DNA of 64,000 nucleotides, from positions 1,106-65,105 of the forward strand of contig CALITC010000005.1 of assembly GCA_938041505.1 (NCBI GenBank), read 5' to 3'. Below are positions 47,085 to 57,038 of this stretch, piece after piece. The stretch is from an uncultured Patescibacteria group bacterium. GTDB taxonomy: Bacteria > Patescibacteriota > JACMRA01. Both the position numbers and the translations under genes were made by a program. Position 1 is the first letter of the stretch; the number at the start of each line of letters is the position of its first letter. A model generated the notes under the pieces. It did not search any database and was not told the origin of the DNA. It was given only the letters and a program-made list of their open reading frames with translations.

Positions 47085-47153
47085 AAAAAGAGTGCTCTAG
47101 CCCTTGGTCTTAACCACCTACCTCCTTCGATTTGAAGTAGGTATTTTTTTGCC

Positions 47154-47438
47154 TCAAAGTATCGACATAGAATAACTCGCTACTGCAAAAAGGTTAATTA
47201 TCGTAAAAGCTATCACTGAGAGCACTAGCACCCCAATCGATATGGCTGGGATTAATACTAATTTCCACTTTTTTATCTTAGTAGTAAAGGCTAGTACTAA
47301 AGCCACTATTGAACCTACTGTTATTCCTAAAAAGCTTAGCCCAGCGGTAATATAAGTTAGCATTAATAAGACACTAATTACGACGGGCGAGCTAGCAGAT
47401 TCATCTTTAAAAACTATCACCAAAACGATTTGAACCAC
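47154..47438 (-). CDS. Hypothetical small membrane protein (start uncertain)
   Basis: Three hydrophobic spans. GTG start overlapping the upstream ORF by 32 nt. Confidence 0.4.
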   Translation of the reverse strand: MVQIVLVIVFKDESASSPVVISVLLMLTYITAGLSFLGITVGSIVALVLAFTTKIKKWKLVLIPAISIGVLVLSVIAFTIINLFAVASYSMSIL

Positions 47439-47898
47439 CTGTTAGAGAGCAATCTGCTCCAATACCGCACAGTTCTTCCCGGCCAGGTAATAAAAACTGG
47501 TCCTCTGCGTTATCAGAATTCCTACTTTCTGTTTGATTGTTTTCAATCGAGCTACTTGCTCCTTCGCTTTCAGTTTGACCGTTGTAATGCAGATCAAAAT
47601 ACTCTGCAAACTCTTCCGGATTGTCCTGCCAGTTATACGTGTTTGTTCTCAAGTTGGAATCAGTTACAATAATGACCACTTCGCCTGTGAGGCTTTCGCT
47701 AAATTCGATGTCGATAATTGATGCTGGATCTTGTATAATATCTACCGCAGATTCTGCACTGCGTTCAGCTTGTGTAGCAGATTCAACAGCATCGTCTGTA
47801 ATATCCAACACAAACGCATTCCCAAAGACGCCAATAGTTCCCGATATTAAGAAAAATCCAAAAACCACTGAAGTAGCAAAAGTTTTTACAGAGTTCAT
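47407..47898 (-). CDS. Hypothetical secreted protein
   Basis: Signal-like N-terminus MNSVKTFATSVVFGFFLISGTIGVFG, acidic body, ends ..CSLTGGSNRFGDSF. Confidence 0.5.
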   Translation of the reverse strand: MNSVKTFATSVVFGFFLISGTIGVFGNAFVLDITDDAVESATQAERSAESAVDIIQDPASIIDIEFSESLTGEVVIIVTDSNLRTNTYNWQDNPEEFAEYFDLHYNGQTESEGASSSIENNQTESRNSDNAEDQFLLPGREELCGIGADCSLTGGSNRFGDSF

Positions 47899-48002
47899 AG
47901 TATAATTATATCATATAAAACATAATATGTCTATAGAAAATGCCATACAACATACCAAAAATTTCGTTGACATTCTCTTCACCAAAAAATATAACTATCC
48001 AT

Positions 48003-48404
48003 ATGAACACTGATTACAAAATCATACATCTAAACGAAGAATACTGCACGAAGAAAGGATTCTATTTATTGTATAGACCAATAAATGTTCCTTATGAGAA
48101 GTTCAAAGAAATAATACCTTTTTCCAAAAACCAGTATATGATTGAGTCAGCTAAGGCCTTTGGCAATGGATGGATTGGCATGAAAAAACCAAAAGACTAT
48201 GATGGTGATTTGGAAATAAAAATTTTGAAAGGAGATTTTTTAGCACTTGAATTTGTAGGACCATATAAAAACATGGGTGTGGCATATAGGAAAATCATGA
48301 AAGATAATAAATCCGCAAGAAATTTCTATAACATGTATCTGAACGATCCTAGCGAAGTAGATGAGTCTGAGTATAGAACACAAATCTTATTTCAAACGAA
48401 ATAA
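48003..48404 (+). CDS. GyrI-like small-molecule-binding domain protein
   Basis: ...GDFLALEFVGPY.....Y.KI.........YLNDPSEVDESEYRTQILF resembles the C-terminal signature of GyrI-like/AraC-effector domains. Confidence 0.55.
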   Translation: MNTDYKIIHLNEEYCTKKGFYLLYRPINVPYEKFKEIIPFSKNQYMIESAKAFGNGWIGMKKPKDYDGDLEIKILKGDFLALEFVGPYKNMGVAYRKIMKDNKSARNFYNMYLNDPSEVDESEYRTQILFQTK

Positions 48405-48472
48405 ATATAAAGTATTCGACTAAACTGAATTTATCTTGACAAACAATTATCTGTATTTTAACTTTATCTGAT

Positions 48473-49636
48473 ATGACTCAGGAAAAAAGGAAGTTGCATA
48501 CACTTATTGTATGTTCAGTATTGGCAATCTCGCTTATTGGTATTCATGGCCGAGATTTGTTTACGCAAGCTATGCCAGCAAAAGAGCGCTACATGATGAT
48601 GGTTCGAGGTGAGAACAACCTCTTACAACAGGACTACACGGGTACTAGCTTATATAGGATAACCAATCTCACAAAAGAAATCTCTGTGCAAGCGGAGCTG
48701 ACCCCACCGGAATCTGCTCGTTTGCAAGCTTACGTTGCTGGTATTTATTATGATGCCTTGCTCCAGAAAGCTCAGCCTAAGCAAGCAGAAGAAGCTGCTA
48801 TACGCTTGAGCGAATATTGTCTTCCGGAGTACGCGGTGCAAATCAGAGATAATTATCATCAAGAGTTTTCTACTCTGGGTACTGAGCTAGATTTTGGATT
48901 GCAAGGCCTTCTTGACTTGTATATGTTCCGTGCTGGACATGATAACTTTACCGAGACTGAAGAGATTGTGATTCCTACTGACCTTGGTGGCTGGCTAGCA
49001 AATGGAGACGAAATCCCTCTTTCGCCACTTGCAGGAAGCTGGAGTCACTGGCTTGTCCCTGAAGGAACCGTTTTTGAAGTTGAGCCACCTATCGAGCGAG
49101 GTACTGCAGAATACCAAGAGCAGGAAGAGCAGGTAGTCGCAGCCGTGGCCAATAGCACCCCTGAGCAAAAGGCTGCCGCTCAATACTGGGGCGGATTCAC
49201 CGACAAAGGGGTTTACCCTGCTGATCTATGGCTCAGCATTATGTATGAGGAGCTCCCAGATGGGCTTAGTGACCTTGAAATAGCCAAACACCAAAAACTC
49301 CTTACGCAAAGTGTGGCAGATAGTTTTATTGAAGCCTGGAGGATAAAATACACCTACTGGACAGAGCGACCAGACATGGCTATTGAAGGATTTGCTCCAC
49401 AATTTGATAACCCTTACTTCCCAAGCTATGTCTCTGGGCACGCCACAGTATCTCAGACGGCGGCTGATATTCTAAGTTATCTTATACCTCAAAAAACCGA
49501 TCAGTTCCAAGCGCAAGCGCAAGAAGCTGCGGATAGTAGATTGTGGGCAGGAGTGCACTTTGATATGGATAATGCTGTAGGACAGAAACTTGGAAGACAA
49601 GTAGCTTCTTCAATTATCGAATCTCGGGAATACTAG
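48473..49636 (+). CDS. PAP2-superfamily protein (vanadium haloperoxidase / acid phosphatase-like)
   Basis: All three PAP2 motifs present: KYTYWTERP (K-x6-RP), PSYVSGH (PSGH-like), SRLWAGVHFDMD (SR-x5-H-x3-D). Confidence 0.75.
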   Translation: MTQEKRKLHTLIVCSVLAISLIGIHGRDLFTQAMPAKERYMMMVRGENNLLQQDYTGTSLYRITNLTKEISVQAELTPPESARLQAYVAGIYYDALLQKAQPKQAEEAAIRLSEYCLPEYAVQIRDNYHQEFSTLGTELDFGLQGLLDLYMFRAGHDNFTETEEIVIPTDLGGWLANGDEIPLSPLAGSWSHWLVPEGTVFEVEPPIERGTAEYQEQEEQVVAAVANSTPEQKAAAQYWGGFTDKGVYPADLWLSIMYEELPDGLSDLEIAKHQKLLTQSVADSFIEAWRIKYTYWTERPDMAIEGFAPQFDNPYFPSYVSGHATVSQTAADILSYLIPQKTDQFQAQAQEAADSRLWAGVHFDMDNAVGQKLGRQVASSIIESREY

Positions 49637-49658
49637 GCAAGATTAGGATCCAAAAATG

Positions 49659-49685
49659 CCGGTCTGATGACCGGTGATATTTTTA
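49659..49685 (+). terminator. Hairpin terminator after the PAP2 gene
   Basis: CCGGTC-TGAT-GACCGG stem-loop followed by TGATATTTTT. Confidence 0.45.
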
Positions 49686-49896
49686 CACCTACCACCTATA
49701 TACCTCATAGCTGCTTAAGTAAGAAGAATACATTTACCAAAATTCTGGCAGTTGCTTTGTTCCAAACCCAATACTTTTATAGTTATCAATGAAAACAATA
49801 TAATATACTCTTTTAAGACACTAAGAATACACCCGCTAAAAAAATGAGCTATCTTATAAATAGCTCATACTCCACAATTAATTCAGATATAGTGGT

Positions 49897-50094
49897 TTAT
49901 GTTAAGGCGTATTTACTCCCACAAAAGGCGTATTTTACTTTGTCTGGTAATTTTTGGGTGATACGGAACTGCAATGCTTCACTTTCGGTTGCATTTTGTC
50001 GAACCCACTCCTTGATGGCTTGACTTGTTACTGCACGCCCTTGGGTATCCATAGAATTTTCTATTAATTCATCAATACTTATACTCATAAACAA
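49897..50094 (-). CDS. Hypothetical small protein (65 aa)
   Basis: Isolated ORF with no motif. Support is ORF length only. Confidence 0.35.
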   Translation of the reverse strand: MFMSISIDELIENSMDTQGRAVTSQAIKEWVRQNATESEALQFRITQKLPDKVKYAFCGSKYALT

Positions 50095-50280
50095 AGAATT
50101 ATCGAATAGACAGAATTTGTAACCTACTCACTTTTTTCTAATTTTGCAAGTATAATTTACCATACAGCTATCTGGCATATTTTTACAAATTTTAGTGCAG
50201 AATTAAAAAATGCTCTTTACAAGATTAGTTATATTACGCTTATTATTCGATCAGTCTTTAAATCATTAAAGCTAAAGCCT

Positions 50281-50397
50281 ATGTCAAATTCTAATCAACC
50301 TAATTCTAACCAACCAAATTCAAACTTTACCACATTAATAAGTATTATAATAATTTCTGGAGCTATAAGTGGCTTAGTCCTACTAGCAGCTTCGTAG
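50281..50397 (+). CDS. Possible small membrane peptide (38 aa)
   Basis: My own reading: MSNSNQPNSNQPNSNFTTLISIIIISGAISGLVLLAAS, a polar repeat followed by one TM span. Weak support. Confidence 0.25.
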   Translation: MSNSNQPNSNQPNSNFTTLISIIIISGAISGLVLLAAS

Positions 50398-50539
50398 TAA
50401 AGCCGCTATAAATATACTAATGATCGGTGGAAAACTTATCTTGCTTTTTTTAGGGCAAGGTTTTGTATATAACTAACCCTTATGACAATTTGTTGATAGC
50501 TACCTAGTACTTGAGAGTTGAGTTGTTTAAAAATTGACA

Positions 50540-50920
50540 ATGAAGAAATCAGTTAGATCAACTAAGATTCGTAGAGCTCTACCTACCCTTTTGACCGTTG
50601 TTATCCCTGGTATTTTATTTGGAAATATACTCCATAACAATATCCTAGAGAGCTACGATCTTATGACTACTCTAACAGAAAATGGGATCGAAGAAATTCA
50701 ATTCTTAGGCACATTTCGGATAATACTTTATCCAATAGGTATTGCTATTTTTGGTTACGCATTATCCAACTTTATTACTTTTAAAGACACCAAGGAAAAC
50801 AGATTTTCTCTTTTACATTTAGCTTTTGTACTATCTGTTAGTTGTAGCTTGCAATTTTTTCGGTTTTTTCAAATTCAGAAATATATGGTTTTGTTTTTAT
50901 GCGAAGTCTGCTCTCGATAG
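50540..50920 (+). CDS. Hypothetical membrane protein
   Basis: ATG at 50540 (MKKSVRST...). Three to four hydrophobic spans. Confidence 0.45.
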   Translation: MKKSVRSTKIRRALPTLLTVVIPGILFGNILHNNILESYDLMTTLTENGIEEIQFLGTFRIILYPIGIAIFGYALSNFITFKDTKENRFSLLHLAFVLSVSCSLQFFRFFQIQKYMVLFLCEVCSR

Positions 50921-51062
50921 GACTTCTTTTCCTCACTTATGGAATTAGTTTTATTAGTATGAGATTACTGCCAAAAAACTAGTACCAATATTCTTCTTAG
51001 GATAAAACATAAATAGCGCCCATAAATAAAGTTGCGCTATTATTTTAAAACACTTTTTTTGA

Positions 51063-51881
51063 CTAGTTGTGCATATGCACATCTCGCTGTGGGAACGGGA
51101 TTGATATCTTAGCTTTGTCTAGAGCTTTCTTCACTTTTTCAGGAAGGGTTGCAGATAATGGAATATAGTTCTCAGGCTTAGTATAGCAAAATACTGACAA
51201 ATTTACTGAGCTTTCGCCGAGTTCTATTACTTCAATTACAGCCTTTTGCGGATCTTCTATTAGGTCTTCGCCACTTACCACTTCTCGTAAGACTTCTTTC
51301 GCTTTGTCGATATCGTCATTGTAGCCAATACCCACGACAAAATCAAATCTTCTGTATTTCTTCGCGGTATGGTTGGTAACAATCCCAGAAGTTATCTGAG
51401 CGTTAGGGACAATGACTGTATCGTTAGCTGGTGTCGCTAAGATGGTATTAAATATCTGAATCTCTTCGACTTGCCCGGTTACTTCTTGAGCAGTTACCAC
51501 ATCACCTACTTTGTAGGGTTTGAAGATGAGCACCATAACCCCTGCGGCGAAATTCTGTAATGTTCCAGACAATGCAGCGCCAAGAGCGATACCAGCCGCA
51601 CCAATGAGCGCGATGAAGGAAGTAGTTTCGACACCGAGCACTCCGAGTACCGATATAATAAGGAGAATTTTTAAGATTGCGCTAAGGAGGGAAAGTAAGA
51701 ACTTAGACAAGCTCTGGTCAAAATCATACTTAGCAATCAACTGACCAACCATCTTGGAGACAAAGCCAATCACGCGCAAACCGATAATCAAGAACAGTAG
51801 TGCAAGGGCAAGCTTTGATAGGGCCGACGTTGCGCCAGTGAGCAGATTATCACGAACTTCAGGAGAAATAAAATCAAACAT
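51063..51881 (-). CDS. MscS-family small-conductance mechanosensitive channel
   Basis: Three TM spans, then LIFKPYKVGDVVTAQEVTGQVEEIQIFNTILATPANDTVIVPNAQITSGIVTNHT, the conserved MscS beta-domain. Confidence 0.85.
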   Translation of the reverse strand: MFDFISPEVRDNLLTGATSALSKLALALLFLIIGLRVIGFVSKMVGQLIAKYDFDQSLSKFLLSLLSAILKILLIISVLGVLGVETTSFIALIGAAGIALGAALSGTLQNFAAGVMVLIFKPYKVGDVVTAQEVTGQVEEIQIFNTILATPANDTVIVPNAQITSGIVTNHTAKKYRRFDFVVGIGYNDDIDKAKEVLREVVSGEDLIEDPQKAVIEVIELGESSVNLSVFCYTKPENYIPLSATLPEKVKKALDKAKISIPFPQRDVHMHN

Positions 51882-51993
51882 ATGGTTAATTGTAGAAATA
51901 ATTTTGCGAGATTGTAAAGCTTTGTTTTCATCATCTACATGACAAGTAGCTCCATAATTACCGTATTAGCCCAGAAAATTTTGATGGTTTTAC

Positions 51994-52028
51994 TAAAAAG
52001 AATACCTCATGTTATAGTGGAGGTATTT
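51994..52028 (-). terminator. Rho-independent terminator of gene 52067-52561
   Basis: On the minus strand, AATACCTC/GAGGTATT 8-bp stem with an 11-nt loop, followed by CTTTTTAG. Confidence 0.5.
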
Positions 52029-52066
52029 ATTGATCGTTATTGCATAATTCAACTTAGAGGTATTCA

Positions 52067-52561
52067 TCAAGCTACTGGAAAAAGACCCTGTACTGCACTG
52101 AGTGTTACAATTGAGTAACGTTCAACGCTTTCACCTTTTGGTTTGATCGTTGTTTCTAATCCATATTGGCAAGCCACTGAAGTTAATACTCTATTAGCTA
52201 ATTCATATAAACCTTCCTTGGTTAATACGACACCACAAACTGCCTTTAAATACTCTTTAAAACTCTCGACTTTGATTATAAATACATACCTATTACTATC
52301 CTCATTATGCTTATAAACACTTATAATAGGAATCAAATTCATAAGTATAGTCTCATCTGAATCTGTGCCGCAACAGTCGCCAGATCCAGACACTATATTC
52401 TTACGAAATACTTCCATATCTAACTTGACATGAAAACGCGAATACAGTTCGCCACATAGTTGAATTAATTCTAAGCATTTTAGATCAGAGGTATCTACTG
52501 GCTGTAGACTGATCCTGTTTGATTTGCCAGAGTTGTTTTTAACGAGTGCTTTGTTTGTCAT
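52067..52561 (-). CDS. Hypothetical protein (164 aa)
   Basis: ORF only, no motif recognised. Confidence 0.5.
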   Translation of the reverse strand: MTNKALVKNNSGKSNRISLQPVDTSDLKCLELIQLCGELYSRFHVKLDMEVFRKNIVSGSGDCCGTDSDETILMNLIPIISVYKHNEDSNRYVFIIKVESFKEYLKAVCGVVLTKEGLYELANRVLTSVACQYGLETTIKPKGESVERYSIVTLSAVQGLFPVA

Positions 52562-52728
52562 TTTGTCCTAAGTCCTTTGTCTACTTATTACCAACAGGTT
52601 TATCCTGCACAATTTATGATTAGTCAATTTATAAATATCTACTTGTCGTTTTCAAATTATTCCCTCAATCAAAGCAAATGGTTGATAATTGCCAATAAAT
52701 TCTTTGCTTAGTGGAGATCTTGGATATT

Positions 52729-54009
52729 TTATTCGAATTCGATGTAGAGAATTTCCCTGAGTTGATTAAGGCCAAGATCTGTTTTTAGTTCAAAATACAC
52801 GTCGCCGCTGTTGACTAGATATATATCTTCTCTTAGACCAGGCTCAATAAAATTAGAAGTGAATCGTATAGAATAGTCCAATGTTTCTCCAACGAGATTG
52901 AATCTTGTAGAAGGGACAATGCTATAACGATTACTGTTATCTAACCGAGTGACTACCTCTTCTTCACTAGTGCAAGTTAAGGCAGTTCTGTCACCTATCT
53001 TCAAGCCTTTCTCGTCACCTACATGTAGAATACCTTCTCCATAAACCTTCAAACCACAGAAAGACTTGTAAGGGGCTCCGCTTTGCGGATCTAAACCAAC
53101 TAGATTGTCGATCTTATGCACCTGAAATCCATCTGTATCATCGAGGTTTTTATACCCCGCTTCAAATTCTTCTTCTGTGATTACAGTGTACTTATCACCG
53201 ATTTTTTGTGAGCCTTCAAATTGTTGGCAATTTTTGATTAACTCTACCTGGTTGGGGCCTGCGTCTTCATTTTCTACAACCAAAAAGTTTTTATTTTCGC
53301 GATATGTCGAGTAACCACGTGCGCTATTCAAAGCATCACTCTCACTTTGCAGCCTACTCAATATATTTCCGGTATTGCTTTTCCAGGCCTCACCTCCCTT
53401 TGCTTCTATATTCCACTGTCCACTGTATGATAGAAAAAGAGCATCGGTATCATTACATTCGTACACCTCATCTTTGGTTGGGATTTTGTTATAACTAGCC
53501 AACACCAGATGCCGGCCTCCTCTGCCCACCGCATAGCCACTTATCTTTGTATTGAACTCGTCTTTGTTTTCTTTGAGGCAACGCGCCGCAATTTCAAAGT
53601 CATCTTGAGAAAAGTCACGTGGGTCGAAATTCACATTCATCACTTTGCCTGAGTCCACAAAGATATTGCTGGGTTCATAATATTCACGATAATCCAAGTC
53701 AGTGATCACCTCATAAGGAAAATCTCGATAGGACTCAATCACTGGCACTTGCACACCGCCTTCGAACGACTTGTCGTTAAAATAAAATTCCACTGTCTTA
53801 CTGATACCGTCACTAACAAGCGAGAACTGTTCAGTTGATTTTTCTCGAACCTCAAGAGTGTCTTGACCTCCGCACTTCAACACAAGATCGTTACCAGTAT
53901 AATTAACAGTTGGTATAATACGAAGGCTTTTCAGCACAAGGAACAGCCCACCAACAGAAATACTTATGACGATAAGTACCATAATCGCTACTTTCATATT
54001 CTTGGACAT
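52729..54009 (-). CDS. Hypothetical membrane-anchored/secreted protein (426 aa)
   Basis: N-terminal anchor MKVAIMVLIVISISVGGLFLVL. No motif recognised in the remainder. Confidence 0.55.
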   Translation of the reverse strand: MSKNMKVAIMVLIVISISVGGLFLVLKSLRIIPTVNYTGNDLVLKCGGQDTLEVREKSTEQFSLVSDGISKTVEFYFNDKSFEGGVQVPVIESYRDFPYEVITDLDYREYYEPSNIFVDSGKVMNVNFDPRDFSQDDFEIAARCLKENKDEFNTKISGYAVGRGGRHLVLASYNKIPTKDEVYECNDTDALFLSYSGQWNIEAKGGEAWKSNTGNILSRLQSESDALNSARGYSTYRENKNFLVVENEDAGPNQVELIKNCQQFEGSQKIGDKYTVITEEEFEAGYKNLDDTDGFQVHKIDNLVGLDPQSGAPYKSFCGLKVYGEGILHVGDEKGLKIGDRTALTCTSEEEVVTRLDNSNRYSIVPSTRFNLVGETLDYSIRFTSNFIEPGLREDIYLVNSGDVYFELKTDLGLNQLREILYIEFE

Positions 54010-54168
54010 AATACTAATTATATATTTCTTTCAATCAATACTGTCAATTCTTATATCACTCAGAAGATTGGTATAATGCAGAAGAGATAGACTGTTTAGA
54101 CATAATCAAAGACTTTGCATTTTATTTAAAAAAAGGATATATCAACTTCATAGACAACTGGAAGTTCA

Positions 54169-54210
54169 TTTTTAGCTAAATAATATTCTGGCTATTTTTT
54201 TGGGGATTCC
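54169..54210. repeat. 42-nt repeat copy 2 (3' end plus stop of gene 54176-54634)
   Basis: See copy 1 at 46242-46283. 38/42 identical by eye. Confidence 0.75.
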
Positions 54211-54634
54211 TTATTGCCTGATCCTCTAATTCTTGGTGCCTTTTGTTTAGACCCTTTATAATATCTTTCATTGTTCTCTGCTGGGCTCTAATCTCCTCAA
54301 TCGATTGATTTATAGGCTCTTGCGCCTTACAAAAAATATCGTATTCTGCTAAGACAATTAGCATAATCGCCTTTCTCCTAGAGAGATAGTCTGTGCGCTG
54401 GCCTCGAATGATCGTGTTTGCGTGTCTTCTTTTGGCACCGTTAACAATCCTTTTGTGGTAATAATCGATGCTAGACCGCGGTAAGACTGTAAAAGCTTCC
54501 CTGGTCTTAGCTATATAAAAGGCTTTAAATACTTTTGTATATAGTTGATTTCTTGTCCTATACTCTTCTCCAATATGGTTTATAAACTCAACGTTTTCAA
54601 ACACAGCCTTCAACTTCTCTTCGTTTAGTTCCAT
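54176..54634 (-). CDS. Orphan-family protein, one copy of a roughly 110-130-aa domain also present twice in 59670-60518
   Basis: Shared pattern: EEKLK....F[IV].[HYN][IL]G..Y......Y..[VI]F[KE]AFY ... [SA].[RK][RK]....I[LIV]..EY[DEQ][IL][FY]. Confidence 0.55.
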   Translation of the reverse strand: MELNEEKLKAVFENVEFINHIGEEYRTRNQLYTKVFKAFYIAKTREAFTVLPRSSIDYYHKRIVNGAKRRHANTIIRGQRTDYLSRRKAIMLIVLAEYDIFCKAQEPINQSIEEIRAQQRTMKDIIKGLNKRHQELEDQAIRNPQKNSQNII

Positions 54635-54697
54635 ATCAACTTTCTACTTTGCCGTAACTTTCTTATCTTATAGCTTACAAAAGGCCTTATGTCAAAC

Positions 54698-54732
54698 ATT
54701 GCAATTTTATAATTGCATTGCCTATTGCAAAT
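54698..54732. promoter_or_regulatory. Three ATTGCA[AT]-type half-palindromes in a divergent intergenic region (operator-like array)
   Basis: ATTGCAAT (54698), ATTGCATT (54712), ATTGCAAA (54724), spaced 14 and 12 nt, between the divergent genes 54176-54634 and 54781-55536. Confidence 0.3.
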
Positions 54733-54780
54733 ACCTCGTTAGTGTGTTACATAGTTTGCTGTTGAAACTTACTTAGAATA

Positions 54781-55536
54781 ATGATTCTACTCCCAGATTT
54801 CATTGCTTTGGATCTTCAGAGAATTAGACTGCACCATGAGTCCTGCTTGCTATCACTCTTAGGTATTGATAACTCGACTACAACTAGCGTGTACCCTGTT
54901 ATAGTCGATAGACTAATCAATGACTTATTGGCTCGCTACCTGTACTATTACGACACCAATTCGTTCACAATATCTGGTATCCCCTCTCCTATTCAGCCTG
55001 ATATGTGGCTAGAGCTTGAGAGCAGAAGTTTGCCAGAAGAGCGGTATCAAGAACTATTAAGAGATGAGGAACACTTAATCATTACGCTAATAGCTATCGG
55101 TGCTTTGAAAGCCTCTTCTTTATCTAATCAAAAATCTACTGGAGAGACTGTATCTTCAATTACGGGTGATTTTGGAATTGCTATTAAACAAAATGTTGGG
55201 ATTATTGCTCAGATGAGTTACTGTCTTTTTACTAAAGACTGTGGACTTTTTGTTCAGGCTAATTTTCTCCACTACGTATATAATATTACAAGATTTATAG
55301 ATCAGTATAACTCGAGTACACCAGCAAACGTATATGGTTCAAAGAGCTTCGAAATACTTAACTCAGAAGCAGATTTATTTGTAGGTAGGTTTTTAGCCCT
55401 TCATGCGCCTGACTTGAGTTTGGCAGAGGAACCCACGCTTAATAATTATAGGCAACGATACCTTGACTCTCAAATACTTGACTCGGAATTTGATATTTCG
55501 CAGCCTGACTTCTCATATAGAGTTGAGTGTAACTAA
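54781..55536 (+). CDS. Hypothetical protein (251 aa)
   Basis: ORF only, no motif recognised. Confidence 0.5.
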   Translation: MILLPDFIALDLQRIRLHHESCLLSLLGIDNSTTTSVYPVIVDRLINDLLARYLYYYDTNSFTISGIPSPIQPDMWLELESRSLPEERYQELLRDEEHLIITLIAIGALKASSLSNQKSTGETVSSITGDFGIAIKQNVGIIAQMSYCLFTKDCGLFVQANFLHYVYNITRFIDQYNSSTPANVYGSKSFEILNSEADLFVGRFLALHAPDLSLAEEPTLNNYRQRYLDSQILDSEFDISQPDFSYRVECN

Positions 55537-55819
55537 TAAAAAATTCTTTTTGTGCATCTCCATCTATCATCTGGATAATACCTGGGTGATTTTATTTTTA
55601 CAATTCTAATACTAGACATCTTCCCTAATTCAAAACCGATTATATCACACTTCTAGCAACTGCCTCTATCCTTATCTTTTGCATAGTGTAGCTACGGCTA
55701 CATTATACTGCTCTCTAAGAATGTATTCAGTCACTATAAGCACAATCTAATGGCCTTGGAGTTAGGAAAGATGCCTATTCTCATCATTGCTAAATAGTCT
55801 TACATATGCACGGCATGCC

Positions 55820-56311
55820 TTATTTTTTTAATCCCTTAAGGAATTTGATAAACATTACTCTTTGCAACTTAGTATCGAAGATATCGTATGGAAAAAATAT
55901 AGGCTGCGTAGCATTATCGAATACGGCATAAACAACCCCTAGTCTTTTGTAAACCTTTTTGACACTTCTATATATTGATTCGCTCTCTTTCGTAGGGCTT
56001 TTGGACTTTATTTTTATATATTTCTTATTTTCTGGTATATCTATACTTATACTATGATTTCTAAGCTTTCTTAAACTAAGATAGTTTTTAACCAACGAAA
56101 TAACAGGCAGTATAGTAAGAATAATTATATAATTACTAAAACTTCTTAACATGACTTCGCCTGCATCAATATACACCAACAGTAAATATCCGATAATTAG
56201 GATCGTGTAAGAAAAACTAAAAAAAATTATGGCGGTGTATGCCTTAACTCCAATAATTCCTAGTATTAGATTTTTTCTTGTTGGAGAATAAACAATGTGC
56301 ATGTATAACAC
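55820..56311 (-). CDS. Hypothetical membrane protein (two TM spans plus basic soluble domain)
   Basis: LILGIIGVKAYTAIIFFSFSYTILIIGYLLLVYI and IIILTILPVISLV, followed by a Lys-rich C-terminal domain. Confidence 0.45.
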   Translation of the reverse strand: MLYMHIVYSPTRKNLILGIIGVKAYTAIIFFSFSYTILIIGYLLLVYIDAGEVMLRSFSNYIIILTILPVISLVKNYLSLRKLRNHSISIDIPENKKYIKIKSKSPTKESESIYRSVKKVYKRLGVVYAVFDNATQPIFFPYDIFDTKLQRVMFIKFLKGLKK

Positions 56312-56496
56312 CTATAACAAAACAAAGCTTTCGTGTCTATTTGAAAGTACGCTAAGCAGCGAGGAGTTTAACTAACAAATACTTGATACGGTTTTTGGAC
56401 TGGAGCACCCTTGTGTTTATTTTGCAAGCAAGGTGGTGGTTATGAATATCATAATCCTGAGACAGTCTATGTTCCTGCTCAAGACCCCTGGATATT

Positions 56497-56537
56497 ATGT
56501 TAACCGCTATGTAACTACTATTAGCAGGCTGTCTATA
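56497..56537 (+). repeat. 41-nt repeat copy A (38/41 identical to 60608-60648)
   Basis: ATGTTAACCGCTATGTAACTACTATTAGCAGGCTGTCTATA versus ATGTCAACCGATATGTAACTATTATTAGCAGGCTGTCTATA. Lies inside a 47-codon ORF (56442-56585). Confidence 0.8.
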
Positions 56538-57038
56538 TTCATTCCCATAATAGAATGTAAAGTTGCCATGATTCTATACCAGTAACAAGCCGTCACTTAT
56601 GTATGAATGTGTTTTTAATAGCAATGCTAAGAATATATGAAAACGGGTACTCCGCTACATGTTAACTTGGTATCTAAAATTTTTCTCAAGAAAAATTTTG
56701 CCCTTTTTGTAATTAGAGATTAATCCACTCTAAAAAAGGTGGGGTTTTAGACTCAATTGCTAATTATAAAGAAAATACTCTCACTATAATGTAAGAGTAA
56801 TGTTTTTGAGGCTCCTTCAGTTAAATCTGCTGGGTGCATAGCTTTTGGTGTTTTCGTAATGCAAAATTGAGTGGATTTAGCTTATACTTAACACACGAGA
56901 GATTATTAGTAATATATTTAAAATAAGAAATTAAGTCAACTTACCTCGCCATTATTGACATTTGTTGTTTTTTAAGGTCAGATTAAATCTGACTTTAGAA
57001 AATTAAAGTGAATACATTAACTAGCGAAGTTTTAGATT

